Shown here piece after piece: positions 24,570-37,787 of a stretch of DNA of 64,000 nucleotides. Source of the stretch: Mustelus asterias. Lineage: Eukaryota. Where the stretch lies: the NCBI RefSeq assembly GCF_964213995.1, contig NW_027590138.1, positions 806,001 through 870,000 on the forward strand, read 5' to 3'. Position 1 is the first letter of the stretch; the number at the start of each line of letters is the position of its first letter. Both the position numbers and the translations under genes were made by a program. The notes beneath the pieces were generated by a model. The model had not been told where the DNA came from. It was given only the letters and a program-made list of their open reading frames with translations, and ran no database searches.

Positions 24570-25583
24570 CAGTTAATTGAGTATTTATTCTGGGGATGAA
24601 GGGGATGACAAATGAGGAGAGATTAAGCAGTTTGGACTATACTCGCTGGAGTTTAGAAGGATGAGCGAGATCTAATCGAAGGACATAAAATGTTAAAAGC
24701 GATTGATAAAGTAAATGTAGAGCAAATGTTTCCTCTTATGGGACAATCTAGAACAAGAGGTCACAGGTATAGGTTGCGAGGCTATAGATTTAAAACTGAG
24801 ATGAGGAGCTTCTCAGAGGATGGTGAATTTGTGGAACTCGCTGCCACATAGCGAGGTGGTGTCTGAATCATTGAATTGTTTCAAGAGGAAGATAGACATA
24901 TTTCTGATAAAAAGAAAGGGAAAGATGGATATGGGGAACAGGTGGGGAAGTGGATTTGAGACCAGGGAGAGATCAGCCATGACCTGATTGAAAGGCGGAG
25001 CAGGCTCGAAGGGCTGAACTTGCCTCCTTCTGCTCCTAATTTTGGTCCCCTTACTTGCGAAAGGATTGGCCTTGGAGGGAGTGCAGAGAAGGTTCACCAG
25101 GTTGATACCGGAGTTGAGGGGTGTAAATTATGAGGAGAGATTGAGCAGATTGGGTTTGTACTCGTTGGAGTTTAGAAGGTTGAGGGGTGATCGTACAGAG
25201 GCATATAAAATAATGAAGGGGCTGGATAGGGTAGAAGTGGAGAGATTCTTTCCACTTAGAAAGGAAGCTGGAACTAGAGGGCACAGCCTCAAAATAAAGG
25301 GGGGTCAGTTTAGGACAGAGTTGAGGAGGAACTTCTTCTCTCAGAGGTGGTGAATCTCTGGAATTCTCTGCCCACTGAAGTGGTGGAGGCTATCTCGTTG
25401 AATATGTTTAAATCACGGAGAGATGGATTCCTGATCGGTAAGGGAATTAGGGGTTATAGGGACCAGGCGGGTAAGTGGAACTGATCCACTTCAGATCAGC
25501 CATGATCGTATTGAATGGCGGGGCAGGCTCGAGGGGCTAGATGCCTCCTCCTGCTCCTATTTCTTATGTTCTTATGTTCTTAT
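24570..25583 (+). mobile_element. Two tandem CR1 3' fragments
   Basis: LEGVQRRFTRLIP..LYSLEFRRLRGD; (TTCTTATG)n tail at 25560-25583; first fragment's tail near 25000-25040. Confidence 0.85.
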
Positions 25584-26175
25584 AAGCTGCAGGAAAGGAT
25601 GTCCCGAGGCATGGTACATTGGGGAGACAATGCAGATGTTACGACAACGGATGAATGAACACCGCTCGACAATCACCAGGCAGGAGTGTTCTCTTCCTGT
25701 CGGGAAACACTTCAGCAGTCATGGGCACTCAGCCTCTGATCTTCGGGTAAGCGTTCTCCAAGGCAGCCTTCACAATACACGATAACGCAGAGTCGCTGAG
25801 CAGAAACTGATAGCCAAGTTCCGCACACGAGGACGGCCTAAACCGGGATCTTGGGTTCATGTCACACTATCTGTAACCCCCACGACTTGCCTGGACTTGC
25901 AAAATCTCAGTAACTGTCCTGGCTGGAGACAATACACATCTCTTTAACCTGTGCTTAACCCTCTCTCCACTCACATTGTCTATACCTGTAAAGACTTGAT
26001 TACCTGTAAAGACTCGCATTCCAACCATCATCTTGTAAATTGAGTCTGTCTCGATGTATGCCTTGTTTGTGAACAGAACTCTTCACTCACCTGAAGAAGA
26101 AGGAACACTCCGAAATCTTGTGCTACCAAATAAACCTGTTGGACTTTAACCTGGTGTTGTCAGACTTCTTACTGG
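25584..26175 (+). mobile_element. Penelope-like element 3' end (GIY-YIG endonuclease C-terminus plus terminal repeat)
   Basis: Manual translation from 25588: CRKGCPEAWYIGETMQMLRQRMNEHRSTI..PVGKHF..GLNRDLGF. CTGAAGA..CGAAA motif near 26090-26115. Confidence 0.85.
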
Positions 26176-26689
26176 GTTCAATCGCACAGTCACTGGTTCC
26201 TCTCTCTGTCCCTGATGCTGATTATTCACTCTTTTACAGAATGATACAGCACAAATAGAAACCATTTGGCTCATTATGTCTGTACTGGCTCTCTGGAAGA
26301 TCTATCCAATTAATTCCACAGCCAGAACAATGTATATCTGCTGTAGTATTCTGAGGCCTGAATGGAAAAAGTTTTCCAGTCGGATAGTTCTCAGACACAA
26401 TCAGCCCTGTGGAAAGATTGATTGCCTAATTCATTGAGAAGATATAAAGTGCCCATTGAGCAGATAAAGTGCCTGGCAGAGTTTAATTGTATATTTCTGC
26501 AGACCCCAAATACTGCAGTGACATTATCCTAAAGGGCCAATGGTTGAATTATGGAATTACAAAGAAAAAGCATTCACGTCCTGAATCTTCATAATTATTA
26601 CTTGGCTGGGATGTTTCAGTATGAAAGAATCCTACGTCTCAGTCAGGCAAAAGCGGTCATGTCCAATGGACCTGTTAAAGACAAATAAC

Positions 26690-27800
26690 TATTACATTGC
26701 ACTGGGGTTTATGCGATCAGGTGTTGGTTTTATGAACAAGGTTTGTATCAGAGTGGAGCTGTGTGTTTGATTCTCCACAACAATTGTAGTATCCTTACTA
26801 AATATCCACCACAATCGCAACAGTTAGCCCAGAACTCTGAGGTTATTGCGGTCACAGCCCTTCAAACTGTTACCGATATAATCACCAAATATTCTGAAAG
26901 CTACGTTGGTTGTAATTCCCTCAGAAAACCTACCCCTCTGGGGGAGGAAACACAGCTTCTCCACAGCAGAAAGGAAACCACTGCTCACCACTCCAAACTC
27001 TGAATGATTGGGAATGTTACTGGATGTCCAGGACAAATTGCTATTTGCCAGGTGAAGGTAGATCAGCAGCAGGAGTTAGTGAAGAGAGTGATGGTAATAA
27101 CCAGGCAGACTGACTCACCAGGAAAGCTGCTCGAGAGGAGATTCCATGGGATCCACCCAAAACACAATCATTGGGACCGGTACGACAGACTCCAGTTATA
27201 TGTCATTTAAAAACTTGTCAGGACACTGACCTAAGATGACTGTGGGTAAAAAGGGTTGGCACCATAGAGAAAACTTTCCCTCATCATTCACAGCAAGTAA
27301 GGACTCTCATCTGACACAATGAAGTTTTCTTTCACAAATATGGTTTAACTTTGACTTCAGTCACAACTCGATGGCTTAGAAAGGAATTAGTATATTTGAT
27401 GGATCAAAGCAAGGCGTATTTCTTGTTTTTTGACTCCTCAATATTATACAACATGATCATACTATCAGTGGCTGAGGATGTATCAGAATGTCCATCAGCA
27501 CCTGAAGCTGTGCCTCATGTGTTCAAACTAATCAGATTCTGCAAAATGCATTGTCCCAATTAACATGTTCCACATTATTGATGTTCCCTGGGAAACACTG
27601 CAGCTTGATTATACAGGCCCACTCTCCACACTAAGAGGAGACTGGTATATCCTGCTAATTACAGCTATGTTTACCTGGTGGATTGAAACCTTTCCTGTTT
27701 GTAAAAATGATGCAGACACAATAGCTAAAATCCTGGATGAGGCTTCCTGAAATGGATAGAGAATGACAATAGTTCTCATTTCACAGCAGAAATAGTGTAA
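26690..27800 (+). mobile_element. Degraded LTR retroelement / endogenous retrovirus pol (RNase H plus integrase)
   Basis: PWETLQLDYTGPL..YILLITAMFTWWIETFP..ADTIAKIL matches an integrase core. Upstream AQNSEVIAVTAL, YSESYVGCNSL and IAICQVK are RNase H-like. Confidence 0.7.
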
Positions 27801-29259
27801 TAGCTCTCCAAAAGAAAAAATCCAGAAGAATAATTTTGAAAAAAGTTGATTAATTTCATATTTATCCAGTTGAGTTCGGATGGTTATTACTGTCAGAAAC
27901 AAAACCTGACTCTCAGAATGAACATTGTTCAGTCCAACTGGGTGGCATGGTGGCACTGTGGCTCGCACTGCTGCCTCACAGCATCAGGGACTGGGTGTGA
28001 TTCCCGGCTTGGGTCACTGTCTTGTGGAGTCAGCACGTTCTCCCCGTGTCTGCGTAGGTTTCCTCCGGGCGCTCTGGTTTCCTCCCACATTCCAAAAGAT
28101 GTGCTGGTTCGGTGCATTGCCCATGCTAAATTCTCCCAAATTCAGTGTACCTGAACAGGCAAATTTAGCAACCATACCTTCAATTCCTTCATCTGAGTCA
28201 TTTATATAAATGGTAAAAAGGTTGAGGTCCCAGCATTGACCCGTGGCCCACCACTCATCACATCCAGTCAACTAGAAAAAGACCCATTTATGCCAATCCT
28301 GTTTCCTGTTAACTACCCAATCTCCTTTCCGTGCCAATATGTTACCATTCCCCCCGCCCCACTAGGAGCTTTTATTTTCCACAATATCCTTTGATGTGAT
28401 AGCTTATAAATGCATTCTGGAAATCTCAGTACATTCACCTTTCTGCACCTTTGGTTCCCGTTTATCCACAGCACATGTGACTCATTCAAAGAACTGAGAA
28501 AATAGGTTGAATATGATTTCCCTTTCTCAAAACCATGTTGACTCTTCTTCATGGCCTGATTTTATCTCACTGCCATGCTGTAACGTATTTAATAATAGCT
28601 TCTAACATTTTTCCTCTGGCATGTTAAGTTAACTGTCCTGTAGTTTCCTGCTTTTTGTCTCTCTCCTTCTTTGAATAAAGGAGCTGCATTTGCTACTTTC
28701 TAATCTAATGGAACTTCCACCAAAACCGGGGAATTTTGGAAAATTAAAACAATGCATCAACTATCTCACCAGTCATTTCTACCCCTCTTCAGCTAAAGAA
28801 CAGCCATGTGGCCTCGAAATGTCAACTCTGTTTCTCCCTCCACAGGTACTGCCAGACCTGCTGAGTCTTTCCAGCATTTTCTGTTTTTATTTCAGATTTT
28901 CAGTATCTGCAATACTTTGCTTTTACCTGACGAGCTGCTTCTTTTCAGAGCCGAGAATGAAGTCCATCAGGGTCCGGGATTTGTCAGCCGACAGCTCCAA
29001 CTATTTGCTCAGTACCACTTCATAAGTGACAGTAGTTTTCCTGAGTTCCTCTCTCCCTTCCACACCCTGATGAGATATTACTTCTATCCTCGATACTATC
29101 GGGTAGAGTACTAAACTATAGTGAAGACTGATACAAAGTACCTGTTGAATTCATCTGCCATCTCCTCACTTTCCATTATTAATTCCCCAGAGTCACTTTC
29201 TCTTGGACCAACATTCACTTGGATAACTCTTTTTATTTAAATATCCAGAGAAATGTTTA

Positions 29260-30505
29260 CAGAACAAAGAGAATTACAGCACAGGAACAGGCCCTTCTGC
29301 CCTCCATGGTCCTGCACCGACCATGCTGCCTGACTGAACTAAAACCTCCTACCCTTCCAGGGACCATATCCCTCTATTCCCATCCTATTCATGTAAAGTC
29401 AAGACGCCCCTTAAAACTCACTACCGTATCCACTTCCACTACCTCCCCCGGCAACGAGTTCCAGGCACCCACTACTCTCTGTGTAAAAAATCTGCCTCGT
29501 ACATCTCCTTTAAATCTTGCCCCGCACACCTTAAACCTGTGCCCCCTAGTAATTGACTCTTCCACCTTAGGAAAAAGCTTCTGACTATCCACTCTGTCCA
29601 TGACTCTCATAATCTTGTAGACTTCTATCAGGTCGCCCCTCAACCTCCGTCATTCCAGTGAGAACAAACCAAGTTTCTCCAACCTCTCCTCATAGCTAAT
29701 GCCCTCCATACCAGGCAACATCCTGGTAAATCTTTTCTGTACCCCCTCCAAAGCCTCCACATCCTTCTGGTAGTGTGGCGACCAGAATTGAACACTATAT
29801 TCCAAGTGCGGCCTAACTAAGGTTCTATAAAGCTGCAACATGACTTGCCAATTTTTAAACTCAATACCCCGGCCGATGAAGGCAAGCATGCCGTATGCCT
29901 TCTTGACTACCTTCTCCACCTGCATTGCCACTTTCAATGACCTGTGTACCTGTACACCCAGATCCCTTTGCCCATCAATACTCTTAAGGGTTCTGCCATT
30001 TACTGTATATTTCCTATCTGTATTAGACCTTCCAAAATGCATTACCTCACATTTGTCCGGATTAAACTTCATCTGCCATTTCTCCGCCCAAGTCTCCAAC
30101 TGATCTATATCCTGCTGTATCCTCTGATGGTCCTCATCGCTATCTGCAAATCCACCAACCTTTGTGTCGTCCGCAAACTTACTAATCAATCCAGTTACAT
30201 TTTCCTCCAAATCATTTATATATATATTACAAACAGCAAAGGTCCCAGCACTGATCCCTGAGGAACACCACTTGTCACAGCCCTCTATTCAGAAACACTT
30301 CCACTGCTACCCTCTGTCTTCTTTGACCGAGCCAGTTTTGTATTCACCTCGCTAGCTCACCTCTGATCCCATGCGACTTCACTTTCTGCACCAGTCTGCC
30401 ATGAGGGACCTTGTCAAAGGCCTTACTGAAGTCCATGTAGACACCATCCACTGCCCTACCCTCATCAATCATCTTCATCACTTCCTCGAAAAACTCGATC
30501 AAGTT
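29260..30505 (-). mobile_element. CR1/HER1-like LINE 3' portion nested in an older CR1 (about 28155-29230)
   Basis: ISKFADDTKVGG, RPHLEYSVQFWSP, MRGDLIEVYK motifs; CR1 tail at about 29260-29300. Confidence 0.9.
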
Positions 30506-30779
30506 CGAAAAATATTCACATCGTGAATATTTTTAATAACTCTAATACACGTCAGTTCCTTTTGAAGGGCTCTCCCCTGTTTCCTCTATCCTCACCTCCA
30601 ACAACAAGTGTGAGGAGCTCATGGAAGTACTTTGTCACTAAGATTGAGATAATCCAATCAGCTGTCTCTGTTGCTTTGCTCCATTCCATTAGCCCAATGG
30701 GCCAAACTGTCTCTAAACATCCCTCTTGTCTGAGCCCCGAACTCCCACTTTTCTCCATCCAGTCTCCACACACACCAGT

Positions 30780-31450
30780 GGGTTCATACTGAAGAGAGAG
30801 GATTTAAATGCTGAGACTGTGACAGGAGCTTTAAAAACCCACATTCACTGATGGTTCACCAGTGTATTCAGTCCGTTCCACTCCACTCATCTGCTCTCAG
30901 TGCAGGGAGAGGTTCAAGCGATTGTCCATCCTGCAGCAACAGTAGAGAGTTCACACCAGGGAGAGGTCATTCACCTGCTCCATGTGTGGGAAGCAATTCA
31001 CTGATTCATTCGTTTTGTTAACACACCAGTGAGTTCACACTGATGGAATGTGTTTCAAATGTCTGGATTGTGGGAAATGTTTTAAAATTTCTATGAATCT
31101 GATGTGCTATCAGCAGGTTCACACTGACAGCAGACCATCCAGAGTCTCTCACTATGGGACTGGGTTCAGCTGGACATGTGAACTCAGTGTCCACCAGTGC
31201 ACTCACTCTGGGAGAGGCTGTTCACTTGCTCCATGTTTAGCAAGAGATTTACTCAGTCATCCCACTTCACTGCACATCAACTTGTTCACACTGATAAGGA
31301 ACTTTTTCAAACTTCTGACTGTGAGCAGAGATTTAAATGCAAAATGTATCTGCTGATACACAAACACATTCACAGGCTGTTCACCTGCTCCATGTGAGAA
31401 GAGATTCATTCGGTTACCTCACATTCTGACACACCAGCAAGTTCATAAGT
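30780..31450 (+). pseudogene. Degenerate C2H2 ZNF pseudogene
   Basis: Broken fingers ([38 protein letters not shown]) with stops and frameshifts, followed by the family 3' element. Confidence 0.85.
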
Positions 31451-32379
31451 TACTACAGGGGCTGGATTCTGCTGTTATTGCTGCTGCTGTGAATCACATT
31501 CAGGACTGGACTATGTTCATTCTGATATTTGGAGTTTGTTTCTGATTATGTTAATAATCCCTGTAACTGGACTGGAGTTTAATATTCTAAATAAATGTGA
31601 AATAAAACAGTGATATTTGAATACATAGTTGCAGATGTTCGTCTTTCCCAGCTGAATGTTTAACATTGCCGGCTGGAGCTCAGAAGGGGCAATCTGGGGG
31701 AGGTTCACACAGCAGGAACAGAACTGCAGTCTGTTCCTGCCATAGGGTCACACTGAGAGGGACAAACAGCACTTTGGACTTTCTCATCTCTCTTCACTGA
31801 CAGCAAAGTGGGTTAATCCTGAGGTGTGTAAGAAATGTGTCCCAACTGCTCTTTTCTATAGTCCAGAGCTCCTAAACATGGAACAGAAGACTCTTTTATA
31901 ACTATGTTTCGAGTCAGGTGAACAATTGTGAAAGAAAATCAAAATATTACAGATGCTGGAAATCGGAAATAAAAACAAAGCAGGTTTGGTAGCATCTCTG
32001 CAGAAACAGAGCTAATGTTTTGGAACTGAAGAGTCATATTGGACTGGAAACATTGACTCTGTCTTTACAAATACCGTCACAGCTGCCGAGAGTTTGCAAC
32101 AATTTTGAACAACGGTGAAGGCTGGAAACATGCTGTCAAATCAAAGTTTAGTGTGAAACTGGGACGTGTTCCTGACTGAAAGTGAAAGAGCAAGTTTAAA
32201 TTCCCAGACTGACAAATGATTGTGCACACTATTTCAAGGAAGGTGTTAATTAATTTAAAATAAGCCTGTTTAAATATATTTTCATAGAAAATAGGAACAG
32301 GAGTAAGCCATTCTCGGCCAGGCCAGTCATTATGATCATGGACCACAAAAGATGTATTTGTATTTGACAATATCAAGTG

Positions 32380-32850
32380 GCAATGGCGGTGCCATTACCC
32401 AGCGTGCACCGAGAGGGTGACGATACCCTATCTTCAATACTGGAGATCATTGCGCAGACTCAGTGCCTCTCTGACTGGAGCATGCGCAGTGCGGTGTAGG
32501 CAGTGGTCGGATGGGGTGGTGTCGGAGCAGCAGGGAGACCAGAAACTGATTGTAGACACCGGGTGAGTGAGGTTAAATGGAGCCTGAGAGTCAAAAGGGA
32601 GGACTCATAAGCACCCGGTATAGGAAGCGGAGCTTTCATAAACATCGGATATTAGCTTCAAACCACAAATAAGACGCCCGAGGCCCTGCCTGACCGATTT
32701 TGCAGCCTCCATCTTTCGAGAACAATGGGCAGCGTGACCGCCATATTTATTGGGGGCAATGGACAGCAGGGCGGTGGCCATCTTTATAGGGGGCAATGGG
32801 CAACAGGGCGCATGTGCAGCCGCCACCTCGATTGGAGGCAGTGGGCATTG
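32380..32850 (+). promoter_or_regulatory. Putative promoter and first exon of ZNF 37788, with YY1-like repeats in intron 1
   Basis: GCATGCGCA (NRF1-like) at about 32480, consensus donor CGG|GTGAGT at 32563, repeated CCAT(C/A)TTT motifs at 32708-32830. Confidence 0.55.
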
Positions 32851-33042
32851 ATTCCAGAAGTTAGTTCCTGGCCTCCAGAATTGGTCTCTTTTTCATTAAG
32901 CCACAGAAACATTGAATTATTACACTACAGAAAATGACTAACCCATCATGCATTTGCTGGTTCTCTACAAGGGAATCAGCTCATCCCACTACCCTGTCTT
33001 TTCACTAACAAGACCAACAGAAAATATTTCCCATCCCCAAAA

Positions 33043-33385
33043 CGGGCGGCACGGTAGCACAGTGGTTAGCACTGCTTCTTCACAGCTCCAGGGACCTGGG
33101 TTCGATTCCTGGCTTAGGTCACTGTCTGTGCGGAGTTTGCACATTCTCCTCGTGTCTGTGTGGGTTTCCTCTGGGTGTTCTGGTTTCCTTCCACAGTCCA
33201 AAGATGTGCCGGTTAGGTTGATTGGCTATGCTAAAATAAAATTGCCCCTGAGTGTCCTGGGATGCGTAGATTAGAGGGATTAGCGGGTAAAATATGTAGG
33301 GATATGGAGGTAGGGCCTGGGTGGGATTGTGGTTGGTGCAGACTCGATGGGCCGAATGGCCTCTTTCTGCACTGTAGGGTTTCTC
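33043..33385 (+). mobile_element. Full-length V-SINE (HE1-like, CR1-type tail)
   Basis: GGGCGGCACGGTAGCACAGTGG head; GGGCCGAATGGCCTCTTTCTGCACTGTAG tail. Confidence 0.9.
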
Positions 33386-33519
33386 TGAAATTACCTGTGG
33401 AGAAGATTATGTTTTATCTTCTTGAACAGCTGCAGTCCATGTGGTGAAGGTGCTCCCCTTTAGGTCAAGAGTTACAGGCTATTCACCCAGTGATGATGAA
33501 GGGACAGTGATACATCTCC

Positions 33520-34080
33520 AAATCAATAATTACAATGTGTATTTATACAGCATCTTTCATGTACTGGAGCATTCTGAGGCGTTTCTCAGGTGTGTTATAA
33601 AGCAACATTTGACATAGAGTCATGTGAGCAGACATGAGGGTGGATGGGTAAAGGCTTGGTTAAAGAGGTAGTTTTAATGAGTATCTTAAAGGAAGGATGA
33701 CACAGAGGGGGAGCAGTTTAGGGGGAAATTCCGAAGATTATGGCCTTGGTAACTGGGAGTGCGGACACGTATGATGGAGTGATTAAAACTGTGAATGCTG
33801 AGGAAGCCGGAATGAAAGGAATGCAGAGATATTGGAGGGTTGTGAGGCGAGAGGAGATTACAGAGATGGGGAGGGGTGAAACCATGGAGGGACTTGAGAA
33901 CAAGGATGAGAAATTTAAAATGTTGATTCATAAACAGGAGCCTTTGTAGCACAGGGGTGGTGGGTGAACAAGATTTGGAATGAGTAAACACGTGGGCAGC
34001 AGGATTGTGATGACCTCAAGTTAATAGACAGGTTGAGTGAGGGAGACCGGCCAGGGGTGTGTTAGAATCATTAAGTCTAA
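33520..34080 (-). mobile_element. L2-like LINE 3' fragment (continues at about 37290-37550)
   Basis: FKFLILVLKSLHGFTPPHLCNLL motif typical of the L2 ORF2 C-terminus; tail GCTGTATAAATACA. Confidence 0.7.
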
Positions 34081-34628
34081 TGGTAACAAGCACTCAGAAC
34101 CTGCATGGATCAGCTGGCCGGGGTATTCGCAGACATCATCAACCTCTCTTTACAACAATCTGAGGTCCTATCTGCTTCAAGAAGATGACCATCATCTCAG
34201 TACGAAAGAAAAGCCAAGCAGCGTGCCTTAATGGCTCTCGTCCGGTGGGTCTAACATCCATCATTATGAAGTGCTTCAAAAGGTTAGCCTCTCGGACTGC
34301 CTGGATCCGATACAGTTCGCCTACCGCCCAACAAGTCCACAGCAGACGCCAATTCCCTGGCCTTGCACTCAACCCTGGAACATCTAGATTACAAAGATAG
34401 CAATGTCAGACTCCTATTTATTGACTACAGTTCAGCCTTCAACATCATTATTCCCACGAAACTCATCTCCAAACTCCGTGGCCTGGGTCTCGGCACCTTC
34501 CTCTGTGACTGGATGCTGAACTTCCTAACCCACAGACCACAATCAGTAAGGATAGACAACAACACCTCTTCCACGATCATCCTCAACACCGATGCCCCAC
34601 AAGGCTGTGTTCTCAGCCCCGACTATAC

Positions 34629-35306
34629 ATAGATCCCTGAAAGTTGGGAATCAAGTAGATAAGGTTGTTAAGAAGGCATATGGTGTCTTGGCGTTTATTG
34701 GTAGGGGGATTGAATTTAGGAGTCGTAGCGTTATGTTGCAACTGTACACAACTCTGGTGCGGCCGCACTTGGAGTACTGTGTGCAGTTCTGGTCCCCACA
34801 TTACAGGAAGGATGTGGAGGCTTTGGAGAGGGTGCAGAGGAGGTTTACCAGGATGTTGCCTGGTATGGAGGGGAGATCCTATGAGGAGAGGCTGAGGGAT
34901 TTGGGATTGTTTTCGCTGGAAAGGCGGCGGCTAAGAGGGGATCTTATTGAAACATATAAGATGATTAGAGGTTTAGATAGGGTGGATAGTGATAGCCTTT
35001 TTCCTCTGATGGAGAAATCCAGCACGAGGGGGCATGGCTTTAAATTGAGGGGGGGTAGTTATAGAACCGATGTCAGGGGTAGGTTCTTTACCCAGAGGGT
35101 GGTGAGGGATTGGAATGCCCTGCCAGCATCAGTAGTAAATGCGCCTAGTTTGGGGGCGTTTAAGAGATCCGTAGATAGGTTCATGGACGAAAAGAAATTG
35201 GTTTAGGTTGGAGGGTCACAGTTTTTTTTTTTAACTGGTCGGTGCAACATCGTGGGCCGAAGGGCCTGTTCTGCGCTGTAATGTTCTATGTTCTATGTTC
35301 TATGTT
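34629..35306 (+). mobile_element. Young 5'-truncated CR1 nested in Rex1
   Basis: Open CR1 C-terminal ORF, (TTCTATG)n tail, CTATAC duplicated at 34623 and 35307. Confidence 0.92.
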
Positions 35307-35690
35307 CTATACTCCTTATACACCTATGACTGTGCGGCTAAATTTCTCTCCAACTCGATTTTCAAGTTTGCTGGTGACACCACCGTAGTGGGTCGGATCT
35401 CCAACAATGACAAGACAGAATACAGGAATGAGATAGAGAATCTGGTGAACTGGTGCAGTAACAATAATCTCCCCCTCATTGTAAACAGAAATGAAGGAGA
35501 TTGCCATCGACATAAGGAAACATAGTGGAGAACGTGTCCTGTCTACATCAACGGGGATGAAGTAGAAATGGTCGAAAGCTTCATGTTTTTAGGTGCCCAG
35601 ATCATTAACAACCTGTCCTGGTCCCCCCAAGCCAACACTATAGTTAAGAAAGCCCACCAACACCTCTACTTTCTCAGAAGACGAAGGAAA

Positions 35691-36776
35691 ATCTCGCGGG
35701 ATCCAGGGTGAGGTAGCTAAATGGATACAAAATTGGCTTGATGACAGAAGCCAGAGGGTAGTTGTAGAGGGTTGTTTTTCAAACTGGAGACCTGTGACCA
35801 GCGGAGTGCCTCAGGGATCGGTGCTGGGTCCACTGTTATTTGTCATTTATATGAATGATTTGGATGAGAATATAGGAGGCATGGTTAGTAAGTTTGCAGA
35901 TGACACCAAGATTGGTGGCATAGTGGACAGTGAAGAAGGTTATCCAGGATTGCAACGGGATCTTGATCAATTGGGTCAGTGGGCTGACGAATGGCAGATG
36001 GAGTTTAATTTAGATAAATGCGACGTATTGCATTTTGGTAGATTGAACCAGGGCAGGACTTACTCAGTTAATGATAGGCCACTGGGGAGAGTTACAGGAC
36101 AAAGAGATCTAGGGGTACATGTTCATAGCTCCTTGAACCTGGAGTCACAGGTGGACAGAATGGTGAAGAAGGCATTCAGCATTCTTGGTTTCATTGGTCA
36201 GAACATTGAATACAGGAGTTGTTGAAGTTGTACAAGACATTGGTAAGGCCACACTTGGAATACTGTGTTCAGTTCTGGTCACCCTATTATAGAAAGGATA
36301 TTATTAAACTAGAAGAGTGCAGAAGAGATTTACTGGGATGCTACCGGGACTTGATGGATTGAGTTATAAGGAGAGGCTGGGACTTTTTTTCGCTGGAGCA
36401 TAGAAAGCTGAGGGGTGATCTTATAGAGCTCTATAAAATAATGAGGGGCATAGATCAGCTAGATAGTCAATATATTTTCCCAAAGGTAGGGGAGTCTAAA
36501 ACTAGAGGGCATGGGTTTAAGGTGAGAGGGGAGAGATACAAAAGGATCCAGAGGGGCAACGTGTCTGGAACAAGCTGCCAGAGGTAGTAGTAGAGGTGGG
36601 TACAATTTTGTCTTTTAAAAAACGTTGCAGACAGTTACATGGGTAAGATGGGTATAGAGGGATAAGGGCCAAATGTGAGCAATTGGGACTAGCTTAGGGG
36701 TTTTTTAAAAAAGCGCAGCATGGACAAGTTGGGCCGAAGGGCCTGTTTCCATGCTGTAAACCTCTATGACTCTATG
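35691..36776 (+). mobile_element. CR1 3' portion nested in Rex1
   Basis: GVPQGSVLGP and KFADDTKIGG motifs; CTCTATGA tail; Rex1 resumes at AAATTTGGCATG. Confidence 0.9.
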
Positions 36777-37787
36777 AAATTTGGCATGTTAGCTATGACT
36801 CGCACCAACTTTTACAGATGCACCATAGAAAGCATTAGCATCAGCTTGGTATGGCTCCTGCTCTGCCCAAAGACCGCAAGGAACTACAGAATGTCGTGAA
36901 TGTAGCCCAATCCATCACTCAAACCAGCCTCCCATCCATTGACTCTGTCTACACTTCCCGCAGCCTTGCTAAAGCAGCCAGTATAATTAAGGACTCCACG
37001 CACCCCGGACATTCTCTCTTCCACCTTCTTACGTCAGGAAAAAGATACAAAAGTCTGAGGTCACGTACCAACCGACTCGAGGACAGCTTCTTCCCTGCTG
37101 CCATCAGACTTTTGAATGGACCTACGTTGCATTAAGTTGATCTTTCTCTACACCCTAGCTATGACTGTAGCACTACAGTCTCATTTCCTTCTCTATAAAT
37201 GGTATGCTTTGTCTGTATAGTATGCAGGAAACAATACTTTTCACTGTATACTAATGCATGTGACAATAATAAATCAAATCAACTCAAAACAAAGGAATGG
37301 GTGACGGTTTCAGCAGCAGATGAACTGAGAGGAGACTGGAGTTGGGTGATGTTACTGAGGTGGAACTGGTCTTGGTAATGATGTGGATTTGTGGTCAGAT
37401 TCTCAGGTTGGGTGAAATATTTTGCTATGTGAACAGTCTGGCTCAGTCTCAGACAGTTTCCGAGGAGAGGGATGGAGTCAATGGGTGGAATTTGTAGCAG
37501 AGAGCGGTGACAATAACTGCAGTTTTCCCAGGATTAAAATGGAGGAAAATTCTAGCCCAGAGCTGGAGAGATCTTTCAGGGAATCAAAGGATTCGGGAAG
37601 GGGGTGGGAAATTGGCGCTAAAACTAGCTCAATTTCACAACCTGCATTTCTGTTTTTGTGAGTTCTCTCTCACTCCCTTTTTTCTGTTTTAAATCAATTT
37701 CACAGGGCATTAGAAGGGGAAGATTTGCAGTCAGGGAAACTGAAACCAAACATCACATCAGGATCTGAATATCATCGGGTTTTTAAC

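Larger units (their letters stand above)
34090..37290 (+). mobile_element. Rex1/Babar-like LINE relic interrupted by two CR1 insertions
   Basis: [70 protein letters not shown]; tail TGTGACAATAATAAATCAAATC. Confidence 0.85.

Noticed and set aside
33043-33120. SINE heads as tRNA genes
   Set aside because: They have A and B boxes but run directly into the V-SINE core; only 16382-16454 and 54460-54532 are full tRNA bodies.
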